DNA of 64,000 nt from the NCBI RefSeq assembly GCF_055900595.2, contig NZ_CM148325.1; one strand, 5' to 3'. The translations under genes were made by a program, and so were the position numbers. Shown in pieces: positions 54,121 to 64,000 of the stretch; positions within the stretch are counted from its first letter, which is position 1, and every line of letters starts with the position of its first letter. Under the pieces are notes generated by a model. The model saw nothing but the letters and a program-made list of their open reading frames with translations. It made no database searches and was not told where the DNA came from.

Positions 54121-56256
54121 TTATTCAATAAGGCTTTCTGAAGAGGTAATCAGTTGCGGATTCAGGCAGCTTTCATAATAGGCCTGAATCTCCATCATCC
54201 TGGTGCGATGACGTTGATAACGACGCCACGCCTGCACGCCATTATAGATGGCGCTACCCAGCATCGTCAGTAGCAAAAGTGTGGTGCTGAGATAGCGCCA
54301 CAGGCCGGAACGATCCGGGATCGGATGAAGGCCTATATGCTGCGTACCATTGGCGTCGGTGAAGATTTTTGTGACGATGCCTTCGGCGTTAAACGGCGTA
54401 TGCATTAACATTTGCGCCAGTTTCTGGAAAGCGTTCCACTGTTCTTGCGGCGGGTAGTCGTAAAGTGATGTTGAAGGCCAGGGTTGATCAACAAAATCGC
54501 TGCCTTCGTCGCTGACAATCAGGAATCCGCCTGGGGCCGGACTGTTAAGTGACTGTGCCGCTCGCGCTGTTTCATGCGTGATGAACGGTGCGGTGGAGGT
54601 CGCCACCAGGTTATCCAGCGATTCCGCACTCACTGGGCGTAATAACACATTCACGCCATCGAGTTTCCCGGCGTTAGCGCGTTTGACCAGCGCGTCCCAG
54701 TCTTTACTGTTGCCGAGATTGACCAGCGCATTTTTCAGTCGCACACAGTCATCTTTGGCAGAACACAGATCCGCTGTCTTCAGTACTATGTCGCCAAAAT
54801 CATCAAGCAATACCATGCCGGATTTTTGAATTGCTGAACGTAATGAGGCGCTGACGCGAGATTCATCTTCCGGTTTAGGGTGCAGCTGGCGATTAACTGC
54901 TTCGGTCAATGCCGTCGCTTTGTTGACCAGTTCAGATTCTGGTAATGGTAATGAACGGGCGTCATTCCAGATGATCTGCGAGCAGTCAAACGGTAAAAAA
55001 GGTGAATTGGTTTTCGCGCTCCAGGTACCGGAAGTGCGAATATTACACATTCCCGTACCGCTAATACGCAATGTATCGCCAACCCGCACGCCAGCGTCAG
55101 CCAGTTGTTTCACGCTGGTGGCTTCAATGGTCTGCGCGCCTTTCATCCACGAGAGGGTGAATTTCAGCGGCATATCCAGCGGGATCCAGAATAACAGCAT
55201 AAACAGCACCAGTAGCGAGCCCGCAGCGATAATCGTACTGCGCAGCCAGTGCTGTAACGGAAAGTTTTTTACTTCATCATGCAGCGAAAGATATCGCCCC
55301 TGACGCACTACGTGGCGGTCGAGATAGATATCGATATCGGTTTGTTGGCCGAGATCCTGAGCAATGTAGGGCTGCCAGTGTGCGGGATAGACCAGGTCGA
55401 TAATACCGAGTGAAATATTGTTGATCTGTTCCTGATCGTTTTCGCCAAACAATCCCCAACGACGGGGTGTACCGCGCAGACAATGAATTTCCCGCAGGGA
55501 GGATTTTGCCGGGGGCGCGAATAGCCCCCACAGTCCTGCGCCCAGCAGCAGTAACGCGCCGCCTGCCAGCCACGGAACAAATACATCCGGGGTAATCAGG
55601 CAGAAAAAGAACATCAGGAAGGAGGCGACAATCAGCAACGCTTCGCGCAGCCCGCGCGGACGACTTAGCGCATACTCTTCGTGCGTTTCTTTGCGAATAT
55701 TGAGTAGCTCGATTTGCTCACTCTCTTCCCCGCGAATAGACGCCTGTGTTGACGGAACAGGTTGCAAGGCATAGCCGCGAGTTTCCTGCATGTACTCCTG
55801 CAGCGTATGACCGTTGAGTGAAATAACCAGCGGCAGCGAATCGGTATGAATCAGTTCAACGGTATTCTCATCGTTGATGTACTGCTCCCAGAAAGGGGGC
55901 AGGTGGACTTCTACCGAATCGAGGTAGTAACGCCATTTATTCGGATCGTCGGTAGAGATGCCGTAACGCGTGATAGCGTGTGTCAGCATCATGACGTTGT
56001 TGCTTTCGGCATTCAGCGCCAGAGAGATCGGTGCCGCGCTGGCTCCCGTTGGGCCCGGCACCTGTAATACCTGCGTCAGGCTCTCAAGATAATTTTCAAC
56101 GGCGCTACGTTCTTCAGGTGTGAGTTTACGCGTTTGCGCATCCGCGAAGGCGTTGGTCCAGGGCAGCTGACGCCGTCTGGATCGCACTTTTATCAGCCAT
56201 CCCGCAAGTAGTGAGCAGGCCAGCAAAGCAGCTAAAAAAATCACAATGGTGCTCAT
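54121..56256 (-). CDS. igaA: Inner membrane regulator of the Rcs phosphorelay IgaA (YrfF)
   Basis: 711-aa ORF recognised as IgaA/YrfF. Confidence 0.94.
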   Translation of the reverse strand: MSTIVIFLAALLACSLLAGWLIKVRSRRRQLPWTNAFADAQTRKLTPEERSAVENYLESLTQVLQVPGPTGASAAPISLALNAESNNVMMLTHAITRYGISTDDPNKWRYYLDSVEVHLPPFWEQYINDENTVELIHTDSLPLVISLNGHTLQEYMQETRGYALQPVPSTQASIRGEESEQIELLNIRKETHEEYALSRPRGLREALLIVASFLMFFFCLITPDVFVPWLAGGALLLLGAGLWGLFAPPAKSSLREIHCLRGTPRRWGLFGENDQEQINNISLGIIDLVYPAHWQPYIAQDLGQQTDIDIYLDRHVVRQGRYLSLHDEVKNFPLQHWLRSTIIAAGSLLVLFMLLFWIPLDMPLKFTLSWMKGAQTIEATSVKQLADAGVRVGDTLRISGTGMCNIRTSGTWSAKTNSPFLPFDCSQIIWNDARSLPLPESELVNKATALTEAVNRQLHPKPEDESRVSASLRSAIQKSGMVLLDDFGDIVLKTADLCSAKDDCVRLKNALVNLGNSKDWDALVKRANAGKLDGVNVLLRPVSAESLDNLVATSTAPFITHETARAAQSLNSPAPGGFLIVSDEGSDFVDQPWPSTSLYDYPPQEQWNAFQKLAQMLMHTPFNAEGIVTKIFTDANGTQHIGLHPIPDRSGLWRYLSTTLLLLTMLGSAIYNGVQAWRRYQRHRTRMMEIQAYYESCLNPQLITSSESLIE

Positions 56257-56575
56257 GCTTTCCCCATCTTACTTAGTCTGTCAGGCGTGGTCAGTCGCAC
56301 CGGACACAATACATGATTCTGCGGTTGGCTATCGGCAAGCGTGGAGTTTAACTTGAGCATCATTAAGCACATCACAGTAACCGCTGATCATAGCAAACCC
56401 TCTGAAGGCGGAATATCAGCAAATTCCTGGAGTTATTTCAACCTATTGACTTTTAATTTGATTTGAGGATGATTATTTAATAAGTTACATAAATGTAAAT
56501 AACATGCAATTCACATTGCCGAAAGCGTGTCCGATATCGCACAATAACCGCTGATTTCACAGCATAGATCCCACG

Positions 56576-57136
56576 ATGAGCAAATCATTACAAAAACCCA
56601 CCATTCTGAATGTTGAAACTGTAGCCCGTTCACGACTGTTTACCGTCGAAAGCGTGGATCTGGAGTTCAGCAATGGCGTGCGGCGTGTTTATGAACGAAT
56701 GCGTCCAACCAACCGGGAAGCGGTGATGATTGTGCCGATTGTGGACGATCACCTGATCCTGATCCGCGAATACGCAGTGGGAACGGAATCCTACGAATTA
56801 GGTTTTTCGAAAGGATTAATTGATCCGGGTGAAAGCGTCTACGAAGCCGCTAACCGCGAGCTAAAAGAAGAGGTTGGATTTGGTGCGAACGATCTGACTT
56901 TTTTGAAGAAGCTCAGCATGGCACCGTCTTACTTTTCCAGCAAAATGAATATCGTAGTAGCGCAAGATCTCTACCCGGAATCGCTGGAAGGCGATGAGCC
57001 AGAGCCGCTACCACAGGTGCGCTGGCCGCTGGCGCATATGATGGATTTGCTGGAAGATCCTGACTTCAACGAAGCACGTAATGTCAGCGCACTGTTCCTC
57101 GTGCGCGAGTGGTTGAAGGAGCAGGGGCGAGTGTAA
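56576..57136 (+). CDS. nudE: ADP-sugar / ADP-ribose pyrophosphatase (Nudix)
   Basis: 186-aa ORF recognised as NudE; Nudix box GLIDPGESVYEAANRELKEEVG present. Confidence 0.95.
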   Translation: MSKSLQKPTILNVETVARSRLFTVESVDLEFSNGVRRVYERMRPTNREAVMIVPIVDDHLILIREYAVGTESYELGFSKGLIDPGESVYEAANRELKEEVGFGANDLTFLKKLSMAPSYFSSKMNIVVAQDLYPESLEGDEPEPLPQVRWPLAHMMDLLEDPDFNEARNVSALFLVREWLKEQGRV

Positions 57137-57282
57137 ATGCGTGAAGTTTGCCTGATGCACAATGCTTATCAGGCCTGCGCGGCTCCTGCAATATATTGAT
57201 TTTTATCGATATTTTCAGACGGATAACGTGTTCACGCCGTATCCGGTATAAATAAAGTGACACTTTGTCAGCAAACAGAAAA

Positions 57283-57298
57283 AGGCGCCGAAGCGCCT
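57283..57298. terminator. Bidirectional terminator hairpin (aggcgccg-aagcgcct) flanked by A5 / T5, between nudE and mrcA
   Basis: Perfect 6-bp GC stem with AAAAA upstream and TTTTT downstream; 7 nt after the mrcA stop on the minus strand. Confidence 0.6.
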
Positions 57299-57304
57299 TT
57301 TTAA

Positions 57305-59857
57305 TCAGAACAATTCCTGTGCCTCGCCATTATCGATAATGGTCGTTCCCACCTCGTGCACCGCCTGTTGTGTCGGCTGTGTACCTTCGATGAAATACTC
57401 TTCGCGGCTGTTGCCACCATTAGCTAACTGCCCGGTGCTGCGATCGATATTCACCGTCACAATACCCGGCGGCGGCGTCAGCGGCTGTTCCGGCACGCCT
57501 TCAAGAACGGCTTTCATATAAGCGTCCCATGCAGGCTGGGCACTCTTGGCACCGCCTTCGTAACCTGAGATCTGATCTTTAATCGCTCCGGAAGCCGTTG
57601 TATGACCGAGATTACGGCGGTGATCATCAAAGCCAATCCAAACCGAGGTCACAACGCCCGGACCGTAACCCGAGAACCACGCATCTTTCGAACTGTTAGT
57701 GGTACCCGTTTTTCCGCCGATATCATGCCGTTGTAAATCACGACCTGCTCGCCAGCCGGTACCCTGCCAGCCTGGCTCACCAAAAATATTGGTGTTCAGG
57801 GCGCTCTTAATCAGGAATGCCAGCGGAGTGTTGATGACGTGCGGTGCGTACTCCTGCGCGCCAGTCTTCGCGACTAACGCCTGATTCGCCTGCTCCAGCT
57901 GCGGCATTGGTACAGAAACATTCTGCTGCTCGCGGGAGATAGCGACATCTTCAACATCGTTATTTTCCAGCACGTTCGATTTCTGCGTATCACCGTAAAT
58001 CACCGGAATATCGCATTCCGGGCAGGCTACTTTCGGTTTCGCTTCGAAAATCACGCCGCCCTGATCGTTTTCAATTTTGCTGATAAACCACGGGTCCACC
58101 AGGAAGCCGCCGTTCGCCATTACCGCGTAGCCGCGCGCCACCTGCATTGGGGTGAAGGACGCTGAACCCAGCGCCAGCGATTCGGTGTGGACAATGTTTT
58201 GCGCCGGGAAGCCGAAGCGTTGCAGATATTCTGCAGCGTAGTCGACGCCCATCGCCCGCATTGCGCGTACCATCACCACGTTTTTCGACTGGCCCAGTCC
58301 CTGACGTAAGCGAATTGGACCGGCATACTGTGGTGGTGAGTTCTTCGGCTGCCAGTCAGAACCGGCACCTGCATCCCAGCGGGAAATTGGCACATCGTTC
58401 AACATACTTGCCAGCGTCAGACCTTTATCCATCGCCGCGGTGTAGAGGAACGGTTTGATGTTGGAACCTACCTGACGCAGTGCCTGGGTGGCGCGGTTAA
58501 ACTTGCTCTGATTGAAATCAAAGCCACCGACCAGCGCCATAACGGCACCGTTTTGCGGATTGATCGACACCAGCGCCGAGTTCACTTCCGGCACTTGTGC
58601 CAGCCACCATGTATCGCCAACCTGACGAACCCAGATTTGCTGACCCGTTTGCAGAACATCGGTCACTTTACGCGGCGTCGGTCCCTGCTGAGTATCCGAA
58701 CGGTAAGGACGCGCCCAGCGAACGCCTTCCATACTCAATGCGACGGTCGACCCGTCCGCCAGCATCGCCGTCGCTTCCTGAGGATTGGCGCTGGTGACTG
58801 CGGCAGGCAGCAGCGGACCATAGGTCGGCAGCGCCTTCAGCGTATCGGTAATCTTGTTGTTATCCCACGCCGATTCGCCCACTTTCCACAGCACATTTGC
58901 CGGGCCGCGATAGCCGTGGCGCATGTCGTAGTCCAGCACGTTATTACGTACTGCCTGCTGTGCGGCCTGCTGTACTTTGCGGGTGATGGTGGTGTAAATG
59001 CGATAACCGTCTTCATAGGCACTTTCGCCATAACGGTTATACATCTCCTGGCGCACCATTTCGCTCAGGTACGGCGCAGAGAAAGCAATCTCCGGCGCGT
59101 GATAGTTAGCGTTAATCGCCTCAGTGCGTGTCTGATCGAACTGTTGTTGGGTGATATACCCTTCATCCAGCATCCGCGACAGTACGACGTTACGCCGCGC
59201 GACGGCACGATCCATTGAGTAGAGCGGATTAAAGGTGGAAGGCGCTTTCGGCAGCCCGGCTATCACCGCCATTTCGTTCAGCGTCAGTTGGTCGACCGTT
59301 TTACCGAAATAGACTTGTGCCGCAGCACCGACACCATAGGCGCGGTAACCGAGGTAAATCTTGTTCAGATAAAGCTCGAGGATCTCGTCTTTCGTCAGCA
59401 ACTGTTCAATGCGAATCGCGAGGAAGACTTCCTTAATCTTACGCATCAGCGTGCGTTCTGGACTGAGGAAGAAGTTTCTCGCCAGCTGCTGGGTAATGGT
59501 ACTCGCCCCTTGTGACGCGTGGCCGGAGAACAGCGCCACACTTGCCGCACGGAAGATCCCCACCGGGTCAACGCCGTGATGCTCGTAGAAGCGGCTGTCT
59601 TCCGTCGCGATAAAGGCTTTCACCATCTCCGGCGGGATTTGATCCAACGTAACCGGAATACGACGTTTCTCACCGTATTGAGCAATCAGCTCGCCATCGG
59701 CGCTGTAAATCTGCATCGGAATTTGCAGGCGAACATCTTTTAATGTCGCCACATCCGGCAGTTGTGGCTCGATGTAGCGGTATAGGCCATAAATCGAGCC
59801 TGCTCCCAGCAGAATGCAACAGACTGCAAGGATCAAAAAATACTTTACGAACTTCAC
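57305..59857 (-). CDS. mrcA: Penicillin-binding protein 1A (bifunctional glycosyltransferase/transpeptidase)
   Basis: ORF 57305..59881; recognised start MKFVKYFLILAVCCILLGA at the internal ATG (850 aa). Confidence 0.96.
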   Translation of the reverse strand: MKFVKYFLILAVCCILLGAGSIYGLYRYIEPQLPDVATLKDVRLQIPMQIYSADGELIAQYGEKRRIPVTLDQIPPEMVKAFIATEDSRFYEHHGVDPVGIFRAASVALFSGHASQGASTITQQLARNFFLSPERTLMRKIKEVFLAIRIEQLLTKDEILELYLNKIYLGYRAYGVGAAAQVYFGKTVDQLTLNEMAVIAGLPKAPSTFNPLYSMDRAVARRNVVLSRMLDEGYITQQQFDQTRTEAINANYHAPEIAFSAPYLSEMVRQEMYNRYGESAYEDGYRIYTTITRKVQQAAQQAVRNNVLDYDMRHGYRGPANVLWKVGESAWDNNKITDTLKALPTYGPLLPAAVTSANPQEATAMLADGSTVALSMEGVRWARPYRSDTQQGPTPRKVTDVLQTGQQIWVRQVGDTWWLAQVPEVNSALVSINPQNGAVMALVGGFDFNQSKFNRATQALRQVGSNIKPFLYTAAMDKGLTLASMLNDVPISRWDAGAGSDWQPKNSPPQYAGPIRLRQGLGQSKNVVMVRAMRAMGVDYAAEYLQRFGFPAQNIVHTESLALGSASFTPMQVARGYAVMANGGFLVDPWFISKIENDQGGVIFEAKPKVACPECDIPVIYGDTQKSNVLENNDVEDVAISREQQNVSVPMPQLEQANQALVAKTGAQEYAPHVINTPLAFLIKSALNTNIFGEPGWQGTGWRAGRDLQRHDIGGKTGTTNSSKDAWFSGYGPGVVTSVWIGFDDHRRNLGHTTASGAIKDQISGYEGGAKSAQPAWDAYMKAVLEGVPEQPLTPPPGIVTVNIDRSTGQLANGGNSREEYFIEGTQPTQQAVHEVGTTIIDNGEAQELF

Positions 59858-59976
59858 TGGAAATTTCCCATTTAGTTTCATTTGGGCAGTTTATAAACAA
59901 ACGCGCGGTAGTATAAAGGCAAGCCAGACGCATTGATATACCCGTCAGAGTGACGGGTGATAAGGAGATCATCACA

Positions 59977-60756
59977 ATGGCATTTAAGATCTGGCAAATT
60001 GGTTTGCATTTACAACAGCAAGAAGCGGTGGCGGTTGCGATCGTGCGGGGCGCAAAAGAATGCTTTTTGCAACGCTGGTGGCGGTTGCCGCTGGCGAACG
60101 ACATAATCAAAGATGGGCGGATTGTCGATGCACAGCGGCTGGCTAAAACGTTGTTACCGTGGAGTCGCGAACTGCCGCAGCGTCATCACATTATGTTGGC
60201 GTTTCCCGCCAGTCGCACATTACAGCGGTCATTTCCGCGCCCGTCGATGTCCCTTGGTGAGCGGGAGCAAACGGCCTGGCTGTCCGGGACGATGGCCCGC
60301 GAGCTGGATATGGATCCGGACTCCCTGCGCTTCGATTACAGCGAAGACTCACTCAGTCCCGCCTATAACGTGACTGCCGCGCAAAGCAAAGAGCTGGCAA
60401 CGCTGCTTACTTTGGCAGAAAGGTTGCGTGTTCATGTTAGTGCGATCACCCCGGATGCCAGTGCATTACAGCGATTCCTGCCTTTTTTACCTTCTCATCA
60501 GCAATGTCTGGCCTGGCGTGATAACGAACAGTGGCTGTGGGCGACGCGCTATAGCTGGGGGCGCAAACTGGCGGTGGGGATGACTAGCGCGAAGGAGCTG
60601 GCGGCAGCGTTATCCGTTGATCCCGAAAGCGTCGCGCTATGTGGCGAAGGCGGATTTGACCCGTGGGAGGCGGTTTCTGTTCGTCAGCCGCCGCTACCGC
60701 CGCCAGGTGGAGACTTTGCCATCGCGCTGGGGCTGGCGCTAGGGAAGGCGTACTGA
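59977..60756 (+). CDS. hofM: PilM-like type IV pilus / DNA-utilization assembly protein HofM
   Basis: ORF 59950..60756; recognised N-terminus MAFKIWQIGLHLQQQ at the internal ATG (259 aa). Confidence 0.9.
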   Translation: MAFKIWQIGLHLQQQEAVAVAIVRGAKECFLQRWWRLPLANDIIKDGRIVDAQRLAKTLLPWSRELPQRHHIMLAFPASRTLQRSFPRPSMSLGEREQTAWLSGTMARELDMDPDSLRFDYSEDSLSPAYNVTAAQSKELATLLTLAERLRVHVSAITPDASALQRFLPFLPSHQQCLAWRDNEQWLWATRYSWGRKLAVGMTSAKELAAALSVDPESVALCGEGGFDPWEAVSVRQPPLPPPGGDFAIALGLALGKAY

Positions 60757-61295
60757 TGAACCCGCCAATTAATTTTTTGCCCTGGCGACAGCAACGCCGG
60801 ACCGCTTTTCTTCGTTTCTGGTTGCTGATGTTCGTTGCGCCTCTGCTGCTGACCGTCGGGATAACGCTAATATTGCGTCTGACAAGCAACGCCGAAGCTC
60901 GCGTAGATGCCGTTTTGCTTCAGGCGGAACAACAACTCGCCCACAGCTTACAAATAACGAAACCACGTTTGCTGGAGCGCCAACAAATTCGTGAGCAGCG
61001 TTTGCAAAGGCAGCGCCAGCGACAATTTACCCGTGACTGGCAATCTGCGCTGGAAGCACTGGCGGCGCTTTTACCCGAGCACGCCTGGCTGACAACGATA
61101 AGCTGGCAGCAGGGAACGCTGGAGATCAAGGGGCTAACAACAAGCATTACCGCGTTAAACGCGCTGGAAACGTCACTCCGCCAGGATGCTTCTTTTCATC
61201 TCAATCAGCGGGGGGCCACGCAGCAGGATGCGCAGGGACGCTGGCAATTTGAGTATCAGTTAACAAGGAAGGTTAGCGATGGACATGCTCTTTGA
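60756..61295 (+). CDS. hofN: PilN-like protein HofN
   Basis: ORF 60663..61295; recognised start MNPPINFLPWRQQRR at ATG 60756, which shares one nucleotide with the hofM stop (TGATG); 179 aa. Confidence 0.9.
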   Translation: MNPPINFLPWRQQRRTAFLRFWLLMFVAPLLLTVGITLILRLTSNAEARVDAVLLQAEQQLAHSLQITKPRLLERQQIREQRLQRQRQRQFTRDWQSALEALAALLPEHAWLTTISWQQGTLEIKGLTTSITALNALETSLRQDASFHLNQRGATQQDAQGRWQFEYQLTRKVSDGHAL

Positions 61296-61719
61296 CTGGT
61301 GGTTCGCCACATCACCCCGCCTCCGCCAGCTTTGCTGGGCATTCTGGTTGATGATGTTAGTTACGCTCATTTTTCTGTCATCGACACACCAGGAAGAGAG
61401 CGACGCATTAATTCGACTACGGGCAAGTCATTACCAGCAGTGGACCGCACTGTATCGCCAGGTAAACACCACTCCCTTCAGCGAGGAAAAAACGCAGCCC
61501 TTTTCGCCACTGGATTTTCAGTTATCCGGCGCGCAACTGGTTTACTGGCATCCATCCGCGCAGGGAGGTGAGTTGGCGTTGAAAACGCTGTGGGAAGCAG
61601 TGCCGTCGGCATTTACACGGCTGGCAGAGCGCAACGTCAGCGTGAGCCGTTTTTCGTTAAGCGTGGAAGGTGATGACCTTTTGTTCACGCTACAACTGGA
61701 GACGCCGCATGAGGGTTAA
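61279..61719 (+). CDS. hofO: PilO-like protein HofO
   Basis: 146-aa ORF overlapping the hofN 3' end by 17 nt; single N-terminal TM helix. Confidence 0.88.
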   Translation: MDMLFDWWFATSPRLRQLCWAFWLMMLVTLIFLSSTHQEESDALIRLRASHYQQWTALYRQVNTTPFSEEKTQPFSPLDFQLSGAQLVYWHPSAQGGELALKTLWEAVPSAFTRLAERNVSVSRFSLSVEGDDLLFTLQLETPHEG

Positions 61720-62113
61720 ACGCTGGTTGTTAGCAGGCATTGCATTGTGCCTTTTAACCGGTATGCGTGACCCTTTTAAACCGCCGGAAGATCTATGCCG
61801 GATTAGCGAACTTAGCCAGTGGCGCTATCAGGGGATGGTAGGGCGAGGCGAGCGCATCATCGGTGTAATAAAAGATGGGCAAAAAAAATGGCGACGGGTG
61901 CAGCAAAACGATGTGCTGGAAAACGGCTGGACGATCTTACAGCTAACGCCAGACGCACTAACGCTGGGAACCGGGACAAACTGCGAACCGCCACAATGGT
62001 TGTGGCAACGGCAAGGAGATACAAATGAAGCAATGGATAGCCGCACTACTGTTGATGCTGATACCCGGCGTACAGGCGGCAAAGCCGCAAAAAGTGACGC
62101 TGATGGTGGATGA
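61709..62113 (+). CDS. hofP: PilP-like lipoprotein HofP
   Basis: ORF 61670..62113; recognised start MRVKRWLLAGIALCLLTGMRD (lipobox LLTG-M/C-like) at the internal ATG (134 aa). Confidence 0.85.
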   Translation: MRVKRWLLAGIALCLLTGMRDPFKPPEDLCRISELSQWRYQGMVGRGERIIGVIKDGQKKWRRVQQNDVLENGWTILQLTPDALTLGTGTNCEPPQWLWQRQGDTNEAMDSRTTVDADTRRTGGKAAKSDADGG

Positions 62114-63263
62114 CGTTCCGGTAGCTCAGGTGTTGCAGGCGCTGGCTGAACAGGAGAAGTTGAACCTGGTGGTGTCGCCAGACGTCAGCGGTACGGTGTC
62201 GTTACATCTAACAGATGTTCCCTGGAAGCAAGTACTACAAACTGTAGTGAAAAGCGCCGGACTGATAACGCGTCAGGAGGGCAACATTCTCTCGGTGCAT
62301 TCCGTTGCCTGGCAGAATGACAATATCGCCCGTCAGGAGGCGGAGCAGGCGCGGGCGCAGGCAAATCTGCCGCTGGAAAATCGCAGTATAACCCTGCAAT
62401 ACGCCGACGCGGGAGAACTGGCGAAAGCGGGGGAGAAGCTACTGAGTGCCAAAGGGAGTATGACCGTCGATAAACGCACCAATCGCCTTTTGCTGCGAGA
62501 TAACAAAGCGGCGTTAAGCGCGCTTGAACAGTGGGTAGCGCAAATGGATCTGCCGGTCGGGCAGGTTGAGCTGTCGGCGCATATTGTCACCATTAATGAA
62601 AAAAGTTTGCGTGAGTTAGGCGTGAAATGGACGTTGGCTGATGCGCAACAAACTGGTGGCGTTGGGCAAGTCACCACGCTTGGCAGCGACCTCTCCGTAG
62701 CGACGGCGACAACGCATGTCGGTTTTAACATTGGACGCATCAACGGACGTTTACTGGATCTTGAGCTTTCCGCGCTCGAACAAAAACAGCAGCTGGATAT
62801 TATCGCCAGCCCGCGTCTGCTGGCCTCACATCTTCAGCCTGCCAGCATTAAACAGGGGAGCGAAATTCCATATCAGGTTTCCAGCGGGGAAAGTGGCGCG
62901 ACGTCGGTGGAATTTAAAGAGGCCGTCCTGGGGATGGAAGTTACGCCCACGGTGTTACAAAAAGCTCGCATCCGGCTGAAATTACACATCAGCCAGAACG
63001 TTCCGGGGCAGGTGCTACAGCAGGCCGATGGCGAAGTGCTGGCGATTGATAAGCAGGAGATCGAAACGCAGGTCGAGGTCAAAAGCGGAGAAACGTTGGC
63101 GCTGGGTGGCATTTTTACCCGTAAAAATAAATCGGGTCAGGATAGCGTACCGTTGCTTGGCGACATTCCCTGGTTCGGGCAATTATTTCGTCATGACGGA
63201 AAAGAAGATGAACGACGCGAGTTAGTGGTGTTTATCACGCCACGACTGGTTTCCAGTGAGTAA
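62025..63263 (+). CDS. hofQ: Secretin HofQ (PilQ/ComE-like outer-membrane channel)
   Basis: 412-aa ORF recognised as HofQ; N-terminal signal peptide and C-terminal secretin domain (VPLLGDIPWFGQLF). Confidence 0.95.
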   Translation: MKQWIAALLLMLIPGVQAAKPQKVTLMVDDVPVAQVLQALAEQEKLNLVVSPDVSGTVSLHLTDVPWKQVLQTVVKSAGLITRQEGNILSVHSVAWQNDNIARQEAEQARAQANLPLENRSITLQYADAGELAKAGEKLLSAKGSMTVDKRTNRLLLRDNKAALSALEQWVAQMDLPVGQVELSAHIVTINEKSLRELGVKWTLADAQQTGGVGQVTTLGSDLSVATATTHVGFNIGRINGRLLDLELSALEQKQQLDIIASPRLLASHLQPASIKQGSEIPYQVSSGESGATSVEFKEAVLGMEVTPTVLQKARIRLKLHISQNVPGQVLQQADGEVLAIDKQEIETQVEVKSGETLALGGIFTRKNKSGQDSVPLLGDIPWFGQLFRHDGKEDERRELVVFITPRLVSSE

Positions 63264-63663
63264 ACAGCCGTAAAAGCGGTAATGTTTTTACGCTGAACGT
63301 GTTTCATCTATTTGACGCGCGCAGGTATTTAGCATACAAGGAGTACCGATTTGAGAGTTGGTGCTCTTCGCTGCCTGCGTTCCATGATGATGATTTATCA
63401 TTCAGGCGGCATTTTGCTGTCTTTTTTACGCTAATCTTACCCGGTGATTTATCGCCAGAGCGGTGGTAGCAAGGCAGCGCGCTTGCAGCGACCAGATATG
63501 CAGAGGGATGGGTGATTTATTCAGTTGCCAAACCCGCTGGAGTATTGAGATAATTTTCAGTCTGACTCTCGCAATATCTTATGAGGTTTCAGTTCATGTC
63601 CTGCGGCGCTCTCTGAGCGAAGCGGGTTTATCATTAACGAATAGTCTTAGTAGTACCGAAAAA

Positions 63664-64000
63664 ATGGCAGAGAAACGCAATATCTTTCTGGTTGGGCCTA
63701 TGGGTGCCGGAAAAAGCACTATTGGGCGCCAGTTAGCTCAACAACTCAATATGGAATTTTACGATTCCGATCAAGAGATTGAGAAACGAACCGGAGCTGA
63801 TGTGGGCTGGGTTTTCGATTTAGAAGGCGAAGAAGGCTTCCGCGATCGCGAAGAAAAGGTCATCAATGAGTTGACCGAGAAACAGGGTATTGTGCTGGCT
63901 ACTGGCGGCGGCTCTGTGAAATCCCGCGAAACGCGTAACCGTCTTTCCGCTCGTGGCGTTGTCGTTTATCTTGAAACGACCATCGAAAAGCAACTTGCAC
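63664..64000 (+). CDS. aroK: Shikimate kinase I, 3'-truncated by window edge
   Basis: Not in the ORF track (no stop before the window ends); own translation from ATG 63664 gives [40 protein letters not shown]..., the AroK N-terminus with its P-loop. Confidence 0.9.
   Translation, partial: MAEKRNIFLVGPMGAGKSTIGRQLAQQLNMEFYDSDQEIEKRTGADVGWVFDLEGEEGFRDREEKVINELTEKQGIVLATGGGSVKSRETRNRLSARGVVVYLETTIEKQLA

Overview
This window reads as an Escherichia coli chromosomal segment running gntU-yhgN-asd-glgBXCAP-(insert)-glpD/glpEGR-rtcR/rtcBA-malT/malPQ-gntT-nfuA-gntX-bioH-rpnA(yhgA)-feoCBA-tex-greB-ompR-envZ-(insert)-pck-yhgE-hslOR-yrfG-igaA-nudE-mrcA-hofMNOPQ-aroK, in the reverse orientation to my memory of the K-12 map. 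Gene calls rest on recognising the translated ORFs and on start/stop geometry read from the sequence; no database search was run. Almost all of it is densely packed core metabolism and housekeeping. Two stretches stand out as accessory. The first is a ~2.7 kb lower-GC three-gene insert between the convergent genes envZ and pck (45.6-48.2 kb), encoding an SMI1/KNR4 (SUKH)-like protein, a small SUKH-like protein and a two-helix membrane protein; this is my best candidate for an undescribed system. The second is a ~3.2 kb three-gene module between glgP and glpD (13.0-16.2 kb), encoding two paralogous PstS-like binding domains and a paralogous membrane domain in fused and split forms, with no ABC permease or ATPase nearby. 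A short Rpn C-terminal-tail pseudogene copy also sits just downstream of rpnA. No rRNA, tRNA, CRISPR array or IS element was seen. Regulatory sites are motif matches by eye and carry lower confidence than the gene calls.
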